A stretch of DNA of 64,000 bases from an uncultured Alphaproteobacteria bacterium (GTDB lineage Bacteria; Pseudomonadota; Alphaproteobacteria; ATCC43930; CGMCC-115725): the NCBI GenBank assembly GCA_963755435.1, contig CAVWJX010000016.1:1048-65047 (forward strand). Reading direction: 5' to 3'. The notes below the pieces were generated by a model that was given only the letters and a program-made list of their open reading frames with translations, ran no database searches and was not told where the DNA came from. A program made the translations under genes and the position numbers. Position 1 is the first letter of the stretch; each line of letters opens with the position of its first letter. Below are positions 40,122 through 49,580 of the stretch, one piece after another.

Positions 40122-40185
40122 ATCGGCAACCCTTTTTCAACAGCCTGCTAGGGGCCAGCTGTAGCTATTAGAGCCAGGAGGTAAC

Positions 40186-41862
40186 ATGCTGCGCCTCGAC
40201 GATTTGTACCGTATGACGGCGTACATCTACGGCGATCGCAACTCAACGCGGCCAAAGGAGGCAACTTTCGCCCACTTCGTTGAAGTCTGCGGTATGTTAA
40301 CAGTGGACGAGCGGGCGAAGAAGAAGGAGGACTTCGACCTAGCGGACGCCCTGTGCAAGGCGCTCGGATGGTTTTTCCCTTTATTGGCTAAAATGGGCGT
40401 ATCCAGCGCGGAAGAACTCGTCCTTCGAAAGTACCCGCGCGTGTGCCCCTACTGCCGAATGGCTCCGCATGATGATTGGACCTGTAAGCAGGTGCGAGGG
40501 ACCGAAGCGACGCTTGATCATAATGCTGTGAGAATTGCCTTTCAGCAGAACTGGGACAAGCGTCCTGTCGGGCTCGACGCATGGCGTGGGATGTTTCAGC
40601 AAATCTATCCCCGCAACCTGAACGAGGGACCACGAAGTGTTATTGGCCTTATGGAGGAGCTAGGAGAACTGGCCGAGGCGGTTCGCGTATTCGATGAACA
40701 CCCTCAGTACTTTCTGGGTGAAGCTGCAGACACCTTCTCTTACCTAATGGCGATTGCAACCGAGTATATGTTGCGTCAGGCCCGCGATGGAAATTCGTTT
40801 TGTGTTCGAGGAGGAGTATATCGCGCGCTACCCAGGCCTCTGTCTTCTATGTAGCTCAAGGGTCTGCATTTGCCCTGCGATTCCGTCAGCTACGATTGGC
40901 CGAATGGCCAAGGAGCTCAAAATCAGTGCGGAAGAACATCTGTTCGTCTCGGATAAGGAGAAATTCCAAGCAGCAGGTGCCAAAGCTGCTCATATTGTTC
41001 TCGAAAGATTTGGTGGGTATTCTGCCGTAATAGAGCGGCTTCCTTTCGATCGCGGCGACGCTAACAGCGCTCTCGTCCAATTGTGTCTGAAAATGGCAGA
41101 CGCCGTCGAAGCCACGAATCAAAGGCTCGCAGCAACTCTTCGCGGCGAAGCGGTGAGAATGGGAACAAATACAAGCCGGGCAGGCAGTCCGAGCGTAAGG
41201 TTCGACGTCAAGAAGCTTCTGACCGAGCTCTGGAGCGGCTGGCGTGATCTAGGCGAGGAGAGGCAGAAAGAGATCAAGGCAACTGGCGGGCTTGTCGAGG
41301 AGCTAGGTGAGGTGCTCAATTCGATCAAGGTTCTATTCATCGCCCCAAACCCGGGCGCTGAGCTTACCTTGCCGACGAGCAGCGGGCCATTCGCAAGGCA
41401 ATCGAAACGGGCACAAACGCCACAAAGATATTCATCCATGATTTACCCGCGGCGCGAGTAGACGACTTTCGGAGTGTGCTGCTCAAAAATGGCTTCGACG
41501 TCATCCATTTTTCTGGTCACTCTAATGCCAAGTCATTGGTGTTCCAAGGTGAAGGAGGTGCGGCAGACGAAGTGTCGATGGACGCGTTCGCCCAGGCCCT
41601 ATCGGACTATCCCGTTAGGTGCGTCGTGTTGAACGCGTGCTCCTCAATCGTCAATCTCACGGAACCAATCTCCCCGATCACCATCGGCATGGATGCGGCA
41701 ATTGCCGATGAAGCTGCCGTTGAATTCTCGCGTGGCTTTTACGACGCGTTAGCGAACGGAAAAAGTTTCGCACGCGCATTCGACGAAGGTAAAACTGCTC
41801 TCAAGCTAAAGGGCTACGACGATTCGCTAGTGAGGATGATTACACCCAAGGATCCGACCTAG
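40186..41862 (+). pseudogene. Tandem MazG-like NTP pyrophosphohydrolase / CHAT (caspase-like) protease fusion, two apparent frameshifts
   Basis: AGGAGG + 4 nt + ATG. The MazG motifs are MEELGELAEAV and GEAADTFSYLMAI, each half followed by a Cys cluster (YPRVCPYC..C; YPGLCLLCSSRVCIC). The C-terminus has the CHAT pattern VLFIAPNP..LADEQRAIRKAIE..DVIHFSGHS..VRCVVLNACSS. The frame changes near 40788-40805 and 41355-41372. Confidence 0.7.
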
Positions 41863-41929
41863 ATGTCGCACTAGGGGTAGGATGAGACATCCCGAGCATG
41901 AGGCTCGAACGGCCGCCTAGCCAGTCTGC

Positions 41930-43246
41930 TCAAAATTCGAGCAAATTGTCTCGGAACTGTTCGAAGCTGTAAGCCTTGCGCACCAGGCCGCGATCTTGCA
42001 ATGCCGGCACCAGCCCGTCTTCGATCTCGGCGAGGGTGCGGCGGCTGACATTCGGCAATGAGAACAGATAGCCGTCGCCGCCGACCTCCTCGATGACCTC
42101 GCCCATGCGCGCGGCGACCGTTTCGGGCGTGCCGATCAGCTCGATCGACAGACTCGTCGCGTTGTAATCGGCCATCGTCTCGCGCAGCGTGCGATTGCCG
42201 GCGATGCGCTTGAACTGTTCGAGATTGAGCTGGTGGCCGTTGGTCGTGATCTCGATATCGGCAATCGGCCGGTCGAGATCGAAGACCGAGAAATCCACGT
42301 TGATCAACTTGCCGAAAAAAGCGAGGCGCTGCGCGATCTGCGCCGCCGCCCGGGCGGCCCGGCGGCGCTTGTGCTCCTGTGCCAGTTCCTCGGTTTCGCC
42401 GAGGATCGGGTCGATCATGAACAGCACCTTGCAGGCATCTGGGTCGCGGCCGCACGCTGCCATATGTCGCCGCACATCGTCGCGGTACGCTTTCATCGCG
42501 CCGATACCCTTGGCATGGGCGACGATCGTATCAGCGTGCCGCGCGGCGAAGGCGCGACCGCGCGGCGAACCGCCAGCCTGCGCAATGACCGGCTGGCCCT
42601 GCGGACAGGGGCCCGAGTTGAGCGGCCCGCGCGTCTTGAACCAGTTTCCCGCGAAATTGACGTGGCGGACTTTCGCCCTGTCGATAAACACGCCATTCGC
42701 CCGGTCGGCGATGATTGCTCCCGGCTCCCACGAGGCCCAGAGCGCCTTGACTGCCGCCATGTATTCGTCGGCCATGTCGTAGCGCAGATCATGATCGGGG
42801 AGGCCGGACAGGCCAAAATTCATCGCCGCGAAATCCGAGCTGCCGGTGACTGCATTCCAGCCGATCCGCCCGGACGAAACCTGGTCTAAGGTCGCGACGA
42901 GCCGCGCCAGCAGATAGGGGTGGTAGGCGTAGGTGCCAAAGGTCGGGACGATGCCGATGCGCGAGGTGGCCTGGGTCATCAATGCCGCAATGACCGAGGG
43001 GTCCTGGCGCGGCACGGCGATCGCGTTTTCGAGGTAGATCGCGTTCGAGCCGCCATAGCTTTCGCCGATGTAGGACGAATCCTCGATCAGCACATAGTCG
43101 AACCGGGCGCGCTCCAGCACCCGCGCCAGATCGACGAACAGCTCCGGCACCATCCAGTTGGTGCCGATATGCCCGGTCCACGCCTCGCCCCAGGCCTGGG
43201 CGCTCGACCCTTGCAGAAACCACGCGAGATGAAACGGCTTTGGCAT
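41930..43246 (-). CDS. LLM flavin-dependent monooxygenase (NtaA/DszA family)
   Basis: Reads MPKPFHLAWFL, FDYVLIEDS, LDQVSSGRIGWNAVTG, RYDMADEYM and RGLVRKAYSFEQFRDNL. Confidence 0.8.
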   Translation of the reverse strand: MPKPFHLAWFLQGSSAQAWGEAWTGHIGTNWMVPELFVDLARVLERARFDYVLIEDSSYIGESYGGSNAIYLENAIAVPRQDPSVIAALMTQATSRIGIVPTFGTYAYHPYLLARLVATLDQVSSGRIGWNAVTGSSDFAAMNFGLSGLPDHDLRYDMADEYMAAVKALWASWEPGAIIADRANGVFIDRAKVRHVNFAGNWFKTRGPLNSGPCPQGQPVIAQAGGSPRGRAFAARHADTIVAHAKGIGAMKAYRDDVRRHMAACGRDPDACKVLFMIDPILGETEELAQEHKRRRAARAAAQIAQRLAFFGKLINVDFSVFDLDRPIADIEITTNGHQLNLEQFKRIAGNRTLRETMADYNATSLSIELIGTPETVAARMGEVIEEVGGDGYLFSLPNVSRRTLAEIEDGLVPALQDRGLVRKAYSFEQFRDNLLEF

Positions 43247-43288
43247 TGGGACCGGCTCGCCCCGACGCCGCTCGCCAAGAGCGCCGCA

Positions 43289-43555
43289 TCAAAACGAAGA
43301 GTGATGGCGCTCCGCCTCGCCGGGCCATCTACCTACCGCGAGCGCCGCATCGAGTCGGCGCAGCAACGGTTCGGTATGCCGAGCCACGAAAGCAAGGGCG
43401 ATCCCGGCCGACAATGCGAGCGCCCGAAGCTGCCAGCCGCACGACCCCGCCAGCAGCGCGACCCCGGCCAGGATGATCGCCGCGCAATAGAGGTTCACGC
43501 GGAACACGATGACGTGTTCGTCGAAACTGAGCGGCTCAAAAGCTTCAGGGAACAT
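43289..43555 (-). CDS. Small membrane protein (88 aa), hypothetical
   Basis: GGAGG + ATG. The product has two hydrophobic segments (VNLYCAAIILAGVALLAG, LALSAGIALAFVA). Confidence 0.4.
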   Translation of the reverse strand: MFPEAFEPLSFDEHVIVFRVNLYCAAIILAGVALLAGSCGWQLRALALSAGIALAFVARHTEPLLRRLDAALAVGRWPGEAERHHSSF

Positions 43556-43649
43556 GGCGACCTCCCGCAGGCAGGTGAACCCGGCGCCCCATTCAGTGCA
43601 AAAGTCGTGCCCTTTGTCGCCAATATCGATTGCGGGGGCGCAGCCCGGC

Positions 43650-44882
43650 TCAGGCGGCCGGCTTTGCGCGGTGATAGGCCCGCAGCAGCCAGGCATTGAA
43701 CTGTACCAGCGTGGCCTCGAGCGGGCCGTAATATCCAACCGGCATAAACCGCGAGCGTTTTCCGGCCTGCATCGCCTTATTGACGGGCACATCCTGCGCC
43801 CAGATTTTTCCCGCCCCTTCGCGCACCGCGGCGGCGCGCTCGGTAAAATCCGCGAGTGCGACGGTCTTTCGCGGCAGGATCCAGCCGCCGCCAGTAACGC
43901 GATCGCTGGAGGCAAGGGTCGCTTCCGCCGCAATCGGCACCAGCAAGGTGTAAGCCACCGCCCCGGGCGCGAACATCAGCTGCAAATTAGGCGGCACCAT
44001 CGCAAAGGTCAGCCGGCCGCGCTGCGCGGGGCTCAGAGCTTCGATCGGCGGGAACATCGCCTCCGCGCCCCAGCCGTCGCGCATCATGCCGCCATCCGGG
44101 TGCCGCATCGGAACGCTGCGCACAATGGCGTTGTCTCCGTCGGCCATTGGCGTGAAGGCGACGCCGTCCTCGCCCAGGACGCTCGGCGCGAAATCATGCG
44201 TGCCGCGATGTACGAATTCGGGATGGTAGGCGTCGGTGAAATTTTCGAGCTGGAGCTTCCAGTTCCAAGGCAGCGGCGTCGTCGCGGCGACGGGCGGCAC
44301 GGTGACGAGATCGGCTTCCGCGTAGCCCCGCCAGCAGGCTTCGACCTGGGCGAGGCTCGGGGTCAAGGGTTCGGCCGTTCCATCGAGGTTGACGAAGATG
44401 AAGCCGTGCCACAATTCGACCCGCACCGGCGGCAATCGTACCGTGTCGCGCAACCGCGCCAGCGCGTCGCCGACCCGGGGTGCGCCGACCAGGCGGCCCT
44501 CCAGGTCATAAGTCCAAAAATGCAGCGGGCAGCGCAGCCGGCCGCGCGGCCCGTCGCCGTCGCAACTGATCACATGCCCGCGATGCTGACAGACTGCGCC
44601 GAGCGCGCGGATCTCGCCGGCAGTGCCGCGCACGATGATCACCGGCTCGCCGGCCACCGACGCCGACATCAGGTCGCCCGGCTCGGCGATCTGGTCGGCG
44701 CGGCCGACGCAGACCCAGTTCCGCGCGAACACGGCCTCGCGCTCGAATTCGAAAAACGCCGGCGAGGTGTAGCAGAACCGCGGCAGCATCGGCGCCGCAG
44801 CTTCGCTTCCGGCATAGGGCGGCAAGGCGTCCAGGATCGCCGTCACCTCGGGAGTTAGGCAAGAGGGATTGCCGTGCGACAT
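43650..44882 (-). CDS. Rieske [2Fe-2S] aromatic-ring-hydroxylating oxygenase, alpha-subunit type
   Basis: Rieske motif CQHRGH..(17)..CPLHFW. Catalytic-domain block NFTDAYHPEFVH. Confidence 0.8.
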   Translation of the reverse strand: MSHGNPSCLTPEVTAILDALPPYAGSEAAAPMLPRFCYTSPAFFEFEREAVFARNWVCVGRADQIAEPGDLMSASVAGEPVIIVRGTAGEIRALGAVCQHRGHVISCDGDGPRGRLRCPLHFWTYDLEGRLVGAPRVGDALARLRDTVRLPPVRVELWHGFIFVNLDGTAEPLTPSLAQVEACWRGYAEADLVTVPPVAATTPLPWNWKLQLENFTDAYHPEFVHRGTHDFAPSVLGEDGVAFTPMADGDNAIVRSVPMRHPDGGMMRDGWGAEAMFPPIEALSPAQRGRLTFAMVPPNLQLMFAPGAVAYTLLVPIAAEATLASSDRVTGGGWILPRKTVALADFTERAAAVREGAGKIWAQDVPVNKAMQAGKRSRFMPVGYYGPLEATLVQFNAWLLRAYHRAKPAA

Positions 44883-44885
44883 GCT

Positions 44886-45281
44886 TCAGACCTCCGCGCT
44901 GCGGGCCAGCAGATCGATTTCGACGAGCGCCCCGCGGGCGAGCGCGGTGACGCCGATGCAGGTTCGGGCCGGCAGCCGTCCGGCTGCGAAATAGGTCTGA
45001 TAGACCCGGTTCATCACGGCGTAGTCGCGCTCGAAATGGGTCAGATAGACCCGGGCCGACACCACGCGATCGAGCCCGCACCCGGCGCCGGCCAAAACCC
45101 GTTGCAAATTCTCGATCACCCGGCGCGTCTGCGCCTCGATCCCCTCCGGCAACGGCGCATCGTCGTTGTCGGGATCGGTCGGCATCTGGCCGGTGACGAA
45201 CAGCCAGCCATCGGCCGCGACCGCGTGGCTGAACGGCGCCACCGGCTTGGGGGCATCGGGGACCATCAGAAACTCGATCAC
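44886..45281 (-). CDS. RidA/YjgF/RutC-family reactive-intermediate deaminase
   Basis: Reads PDAPKPVAPFSHAVAADGWLFVTGQMP..IEAQTRRVIENL..ARVYLTHF..MNRVYQTYF..PARTCIGV..LARGALVEID. GTG start at 45281, or ATG at 45266. Confidence 0.8.
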   Translation of the reverse strand: MIEFLMVPDAPKPVAPFSHAVAADGWLFVTGQMPTDPDNDDAPLPEGIEAQTRRVIENLQRVLAGAGCGLDRVVSARVYLTHFERDYAVMNRVYQTYFAAGRLPARTCIGVTALARGALVEIDLLARSAEV

Positions 45282-45286
45282 CGGGG

Positions 45287-46483
45287 TTACTCGGCCGCTG
45301 GAGGAGAGGCCCGACGCTCCGCGGGCTGCGCGAACTCGTGCGCGGTATCCGGCGGCTGGCGCGCCTGCGTCCTCGCAAAACGACGCCAAGCGGCAACGCC
45401 GACATCGCTGCGCGACAGCAATTCCTTGCCGGGGACCACGGCTTCGAGAATGCGCTTGTCCTGGTCGGAAAACAGCCAATCGTGCACCCAGGACAGCCAA
45501 AAGATCCAGACCAGCCGGTCGGCGATGGTCCGCCACCGGCCGCGGCGGCGAAACAGGCTGAAGGCATAGTAGAGCGTCGTCTCGGCGTCGATCGGGACGA
45601 CCCAGCGGCAGGTAAAATAATTCCCGGTCGGGCGACCGATCAGGGTAACGCCGGGCAACAGCGACGACTGCCGGTATTTGACACCGTATTTGACGATCGC
45701 CGGGTCATTCGGATCGATCTCGCGGCCGCGTCCGATCGGCTTGAGCACCCGGTACCAGCTTTCCCGCCGCGGCGGAAACCGCCCCAGCCCCGGGTAGTCC
45801 GCTTCGGTGATCCCGTCCCGCGACAGGTAGCCGATGCCCTTGCCGTCGTCGAGCGGCACCGCGGAGACGCGCGAGGCGTGCGGGAAGATCGGCTGAAACA
45901 TCAATTCGGGCGCGTTCCGGTGCAGGAACGGCGCGTGCAGGTCGTGGCACAGATTGTCCTTCAGGATGCGCCAGTTGCAACGATAGGTACGCCAGCTCGA
46001 CAGGCCGTGCCACTCGCTCGTCCGGGCCAGGCACTCCGGCAGGTCCGCTTCAAGTGCCACCGCCGCCATGTCGCCGACGAACACCCATAGGACGCCGCGC
46101 AACTCGCGCACCGGATACGATTTCACCCCGGCCTGGCGCGGCATCGGTGCATCGGGGCCCTCCATCAGCTTGGCCACGCAATGCCCGGTCTCTCCGGAAA
46201 AGGTCCAGCCGTGATAGGGGCAGCTGATCGTGCCCGAACCGGGATAAAGGCACTTGCCCTGAGACAGGCTGGCGCCGCGATGCGGGCAGCGGTCGCCGAG
46301 CGCGTAGACCGCACCGCCGCGGTCGCGAAACAGCACGATATTTTCGCCGAGCAGGCGCACGCGTCGCGGCCGGCGCCGCAGCCGCCATCCGGCCAGGGCC
46401 GGGTACCAATAATTGCGCAGGCCCAGTTCCGGCAGGCCGGTTGCGGCAAAGGGATCGCTGTCCGGAAATTTCGTCACGCTCAT
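45287..46483 (-). CDS. Rieske [2Fe-2S] oxygenase
   Basis: Rieske motif CPHRGASLS..(16)..CPYHGW. The 398-aa ORF is followed 5 nt later by the RidA gene. Confidence 0.8.
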   Translation of the reverse strand: MSVTKFPDSDPFAATGLPELGLRNYWYPALAGWRLRRRPRRVRLLGENIVLFRDRGGAVYALGDRCPHRGASLSQGKCLYPGSGTISCPYHGWTFSGETGHCVAKLMEGPDAPMPRQAGVKSYPVRELRGVLWVFVGDMAAVALEADLPECLARTSEWHGLSSWRTYRCNWRILKDNLCHDLHAPFLHRNAPELMFQPIFPHASRVSAVPLDDGKGIGYLSRDGITEADYPGLGRFPPRRESWYRVLKPIGRGREIDPNDPAIVKYGVKYRQSSLLPGVTLIGRPTGNYFTCRWVVPIDAETTLYYAFSLFRRRGRWRTIADRLVWIFWLSWVHDWLFSDQDKRILEAVVPGKELLSRSDVGVAAWRRFARTQARQPPDTAHEFAQPAERRASPPAAE

Positions 46484-46723
46484 CCTACTATCCCTGATCG
46501 CGGAAAGGGTTGCACTCCAACGACTCGGCCTCCTCTCGCTGTTCGTGGCGATGTCGGGGTCGGCCGCACAGGATCGGGGCCCCGACCGCAGACCGCATGC
46601 GGCGTGAAGTGCATGAGGCGTGCCACCGCGCGACCTCCAATGCGGGGCATCCGGCGCCTAGACTTGTGAATGGCATGGTTCGTGCGTGGCGCAGCACTGT
46701 CCGGCACTTTTGGAGAGCGCACG

Positions 46724-47830
46724 ATGACGACCGTACCCCGGTTTTCCCGCCGCCGTCTTCTCGCCGCGGCGGGGTCGGCAGCTGCGGGCGTTGCCGGCGG
46801 CCTTGCTCTCCCCCGCATGGTTTACGCACAGAACGTGAAGCCGGTTAAATTCACCCTGCCTTGGGTGTCTGACGGCAGCAATCTGTTTGTTTATGTCGCC
46901 AAAGAAATGGGGTTTTGGGACAAGCACGGGCTCGATGTTTCGATCGCGCGCGGCAACGGGTCGGTCGCCGCCGCCGAGGCAATCGGCGCCGGCAGGTTCG
47001 ATTTCGGCCTGGCCGCCCCGCTCGCCGCGATCCTCGAGACCGTCAAGGGCCTGCCGCTGACGGCGCTCGCGGCGTGTGCATACGACGCCACAATGGGCAT
47101 TGGCGTCTTGAACGATGGCCCGATCAAGAACCCCAAAGATCTCGAGGGGCACAAGATGGGCTCGACCGTGACCTCGGGCGAATACCCGTTTTTGCCCGCT
47201 TTCGCCGAAAAGGCCGGTTTCGATCTGTCAAAGGTGACGATCGTCCAAGTCGACAACAAGGTGCGCGACGCACTCTTGCCCGAGCACAATGTCGACGCGA
47301 TCTCAGGTTTCGCCACGACCTTCATGGCCGATTACGTCGCTGATGGCGTGAAGGCGCACGCGATGCTGTACAGCCATTACGGCATCCCCAATTACGGCAA
47401 TACTGTCCAGACCCAGCCGCAGCGCGTCGCCCAGGCGCCGGAACTGTGCGCAGCCTTCGTCGACGGGATGATGCAAGGGCTGAAAGCGACGATGCTCGAC
47501 CCGCAGGGCGCAATCAAAATCCTGCTCAAGGCGGCGCCCGAACTGGCGCTGGCGGCACAGGCGCGCGAGCAGATCAGGGTCGGGACTGGCCTGATGATCT
47601 ATGTCAGCGCACGCGACACGGTCACGACCAAAGGACTGGGTTATCTCGACCCCAACGACTACGCCGCGCAGACCGACCTGGTAATGAAATATCTCGCCAA
47701 GCCCGGCGACAAGCGTCCGGAAATCGCCAGCATGATGACCAACCGCTTTGTCGGCCAGCTCAAACTGAACGCCGCCGAGTGGAGTGCGGTGCAGAAGAAC
47801 GCGCAGGAATACAGCCCCTATGTGAGCTGA
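46724..47830 (+). CDS. NMT1/THI5-like (NitT/TauT-type) ABC transporter substrate-binding protein
   Basis: Tat-like signal MTTVPRFSRRRLLAAAGSAAAGVAGG. Paralogous to 52292-53395 (VKFTLPWV / VKFTLAWL blocks). Confidence 0.75.
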   Translation: MTTVPRFSRRRLLAAAGSAAAGVAGGLALPRMVYAQNVKPVKFTLPWVSDGSNLFVYVAKEMGFWDKHGLDVSIARGNGSVAAAEAIGAGRFDFGLAAPLAAILETVKGLPLTALAACAYDATMGIGVLNDGPIKNPKDLEGHKMGSTVTSGEYPFLPAFAEKAGFDLSKVTIVQVDNKVRDALLPEHNVDAISGFATTFMADYVADGVKAHAMLYSHYGIPNYGNTVQTQPQRVAQAPELCAAFVDGMMQGLKATMLDPQGAIKILLKAAPELALAAQAREQIRVGTGLMIYVSARDTVTTKGLGYLDPNDYAAQTDLVMKYLAKPGDKRPEIASMMTNRFVGQLKLNAAEWSAVQKNAQEYSPYVS

Positions 47831-47884
47831 GCCCGGTCGACGCAGGCCGGCCGTCGGCTGCGAATATCGGCAAGAGGACAAAGC

Positions 47885-48721
47885 ATGCCAGTCGCCGCAC
47901 CGGAGCGTTACATCGAGGCCGCGAAAGTCAGCAAGGTTTACCGCAACGGCTCGGCCAATGCGGTCGAAGCGGTCAGTTCCGTCAGCTTTTGCATTCCGCA
48001 AGGGCAGTTCGTCGCGATTCTCGGTCCGAGCGGATGTGGCAAGAGCACATTGTTGATGATGGTCGGAGGTCTCGAGCCGGCGACAACCGGCGCGATTTCG
48101 GTCGGCGGCGCGCCGATGACCGGCCCGCGCACCAGCATCGGCATCATGTTCCAGGATTCGACGCTGTTGCCATGGAAGAGCGCGCTCGACAACGTGCTGT
48201 TCCCGATCCGGGTGTTGAAGCGTCCGCTCGGCGCTTATCGCGATGCCGCGCATGGCCTGCTGGAACGGGTCGGGCTCGACGGTTTCGAGCACAAGAAGCC
48301 CCACGAATTGTCTGGCGGAATGCGCCAGCGGGTCGCGATCTGCCGGGCGCTCGTCTACGATCCCGACCTGTTGCTGATGGATGAGCCGTTCAGTGCGCTC
48401 GACGCCATCACCCGCGACGAAATGAACGAATTATTGGTCGAGCTGTGGCAGCAATACACCAAGACCGCGCTGTTCGTGACCCACAGCATCCGCGAAGCGG
48501 TTTTTCTGGCCGACCGCGTGCTGGTGATGACGCGGCGGCCAGCGACGGTAGTCGAGGATCTGGCCATTCCATTTGCCCGGCCGCGCTCGATGGCGATCGG
48601 CGAAAGCCGCGAATTCAACGAGATTTGCGGTCATTTGCGGCAGCGCATCGAGGATAGTTACGCTGGCGCGCGCCAGCGTCGGCCGACCTCGCAGATGGAC
48701 GTCGCCGAGTTGGCCGGATGA
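47885..48721 (+). CDS. ABC transporter ATP-binding protein (NitT/TauT family)
   Basis: Reads GPSGCGKSTL, LSGGMRQRVAICRAL and LLLMDEPFSALD. Confidence 0.85.
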   Translation: MPVAAPERYIEAAKVSKVYRNGSANAVEAVSSVSFCIPQGQFVAILGPSGCGKSTLLMMVGGLEPATTGAISVGGAPMTGPRTSIGIMFQDSTLLPWKSALDNVLFPIRVLKRPLGAYRDAAHGLLERVGLDGFEHKKPHELSGGMRQRVAICRALVYDPDLLLMDEPFSALDAITRDEMNELLVELWQQYTKTALFVTHSIREAVFLADRVLVMTRRPATVVEDLAIPFARPRSMAIGESREFNEICGHLRQRIEDSYAGARQRRPTSQMDVAELAG

Positions 48722-49551
48722 CCGCCGAGAGCGCGGCCACGCCCCAACTGGGGGCTGCTCCGCCGCGGATCACGACGGGCGGCTTCGCCGGCGTGAATTT
48801 TCACCAATTGCGGCCGCTGATCCTGCCTTTGGCGACGGCGGCGGCGGTGCTGCTGTTGTGGCAACTCGCGGTTACCGCACTGAAGATACCGCAGGTCATC
48901 CTGCCGGCGCCGGACCAGATCGGCAGGGAATTGTGGCAGGCGTTGCCGGTCCTGCTCGCCAATGCAGTGCCGACCACTCTCGATACCCTGACGGCCTTTT
49001 TTGCCGCGACATTGCTAGGCGTCGGACTGGCCATCGTCCTCGCCTATTCGCCATTGCTGCGCGACATGCTTTATCCCAATCTGATCGCCTTTCAACTGGT
49101 GCCGAAAGTCGCCCTCGCTCCGCTGTTTGTCGTCTGGCTCGGCGTCGGCAGCGGTTCGCACGTCGCCTTTGCCGCCTTTGTCAGCTTTTTTCCGATCATC
49201 ATCTCGACCGCGGTCGGTTTTGCCAGTGTCGACGCCTCGGCATTGCGGCTTTGCCGCTCCCTGACCGCCTCCGAGTGGCAATGCTTTCTGATGGTGCGCT
49301 TTCCGTTCGCGCTACCGGCAATCTTCAGCGGCATGAAGATCGCGATGACGATGGCGACCATCGGCGTCATCATCGGCGAGTTCATCTCGTCCAAGGCGGG
49401 GCTCGGCTACTACATCCTTTACGCCAGTTCGCGGATGGAAACCGCGCAGGTTTTTGCCGCTCTGTTCATGCTGAGCGCGGTTGGGGTCGCCTTGTTCGGT
49501 GCCGTGGCGCTGGCCGAGGCGCTGGTGCGCCGCAGCTATGGCAGGCGGTAG
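48718..49551 (+). CDS. ABC transporter permease (NitT/TauT family)
   Basis: ATGA overlap with the ATPase stop. Hydrophobic, with the loop CRSLTASEWQCFLMVRFPFALP. Confidence 0.8.
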   Translation: MTAESAATPQLGAAPPRITTGGFAGVNFHQLRPLILPLATAAAVLLLWQLAVTALKIPQVILPAPDQIGRELWQALPVLLANAVPTTLDTLTAFFAATLLGVGLAIVLAYSPLLRDMLYPNLIAFQLVPKVALAPLFVVWLGVGSGSHVAFAAFVSFFPIIISTAVGFASVDASALRLCRSLTASEWQCFLMVRFPFALPAIFSGMKIAMTMATIGVIIGEFISSKAGLGYYILYASSRMETAQVFAALFMLSAVGVALFGAVALAEALVRRSYGRR

Positions 49552-49580
49552 CGCGGCTTTGAAATCGGGGAGATGGAGCG

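Larger units (their letters stand above)
38647..40151 (-). mobile_element. Complete IS5-family insertion sequence (copy B), ~1.5 kb, flanked by CTAG
   Basis: Terminal inverted repeats CAGGCCGTTGAAGAAG (38651-38666) and CAGGCTGTTGAAAAAG (complement of 40132-40147) match at 14 of 16 positions. CTAG lies on both outer sides (38647-38650 and 40148-40151). Contains the transposase plus orfB. Confidence 0.85.
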
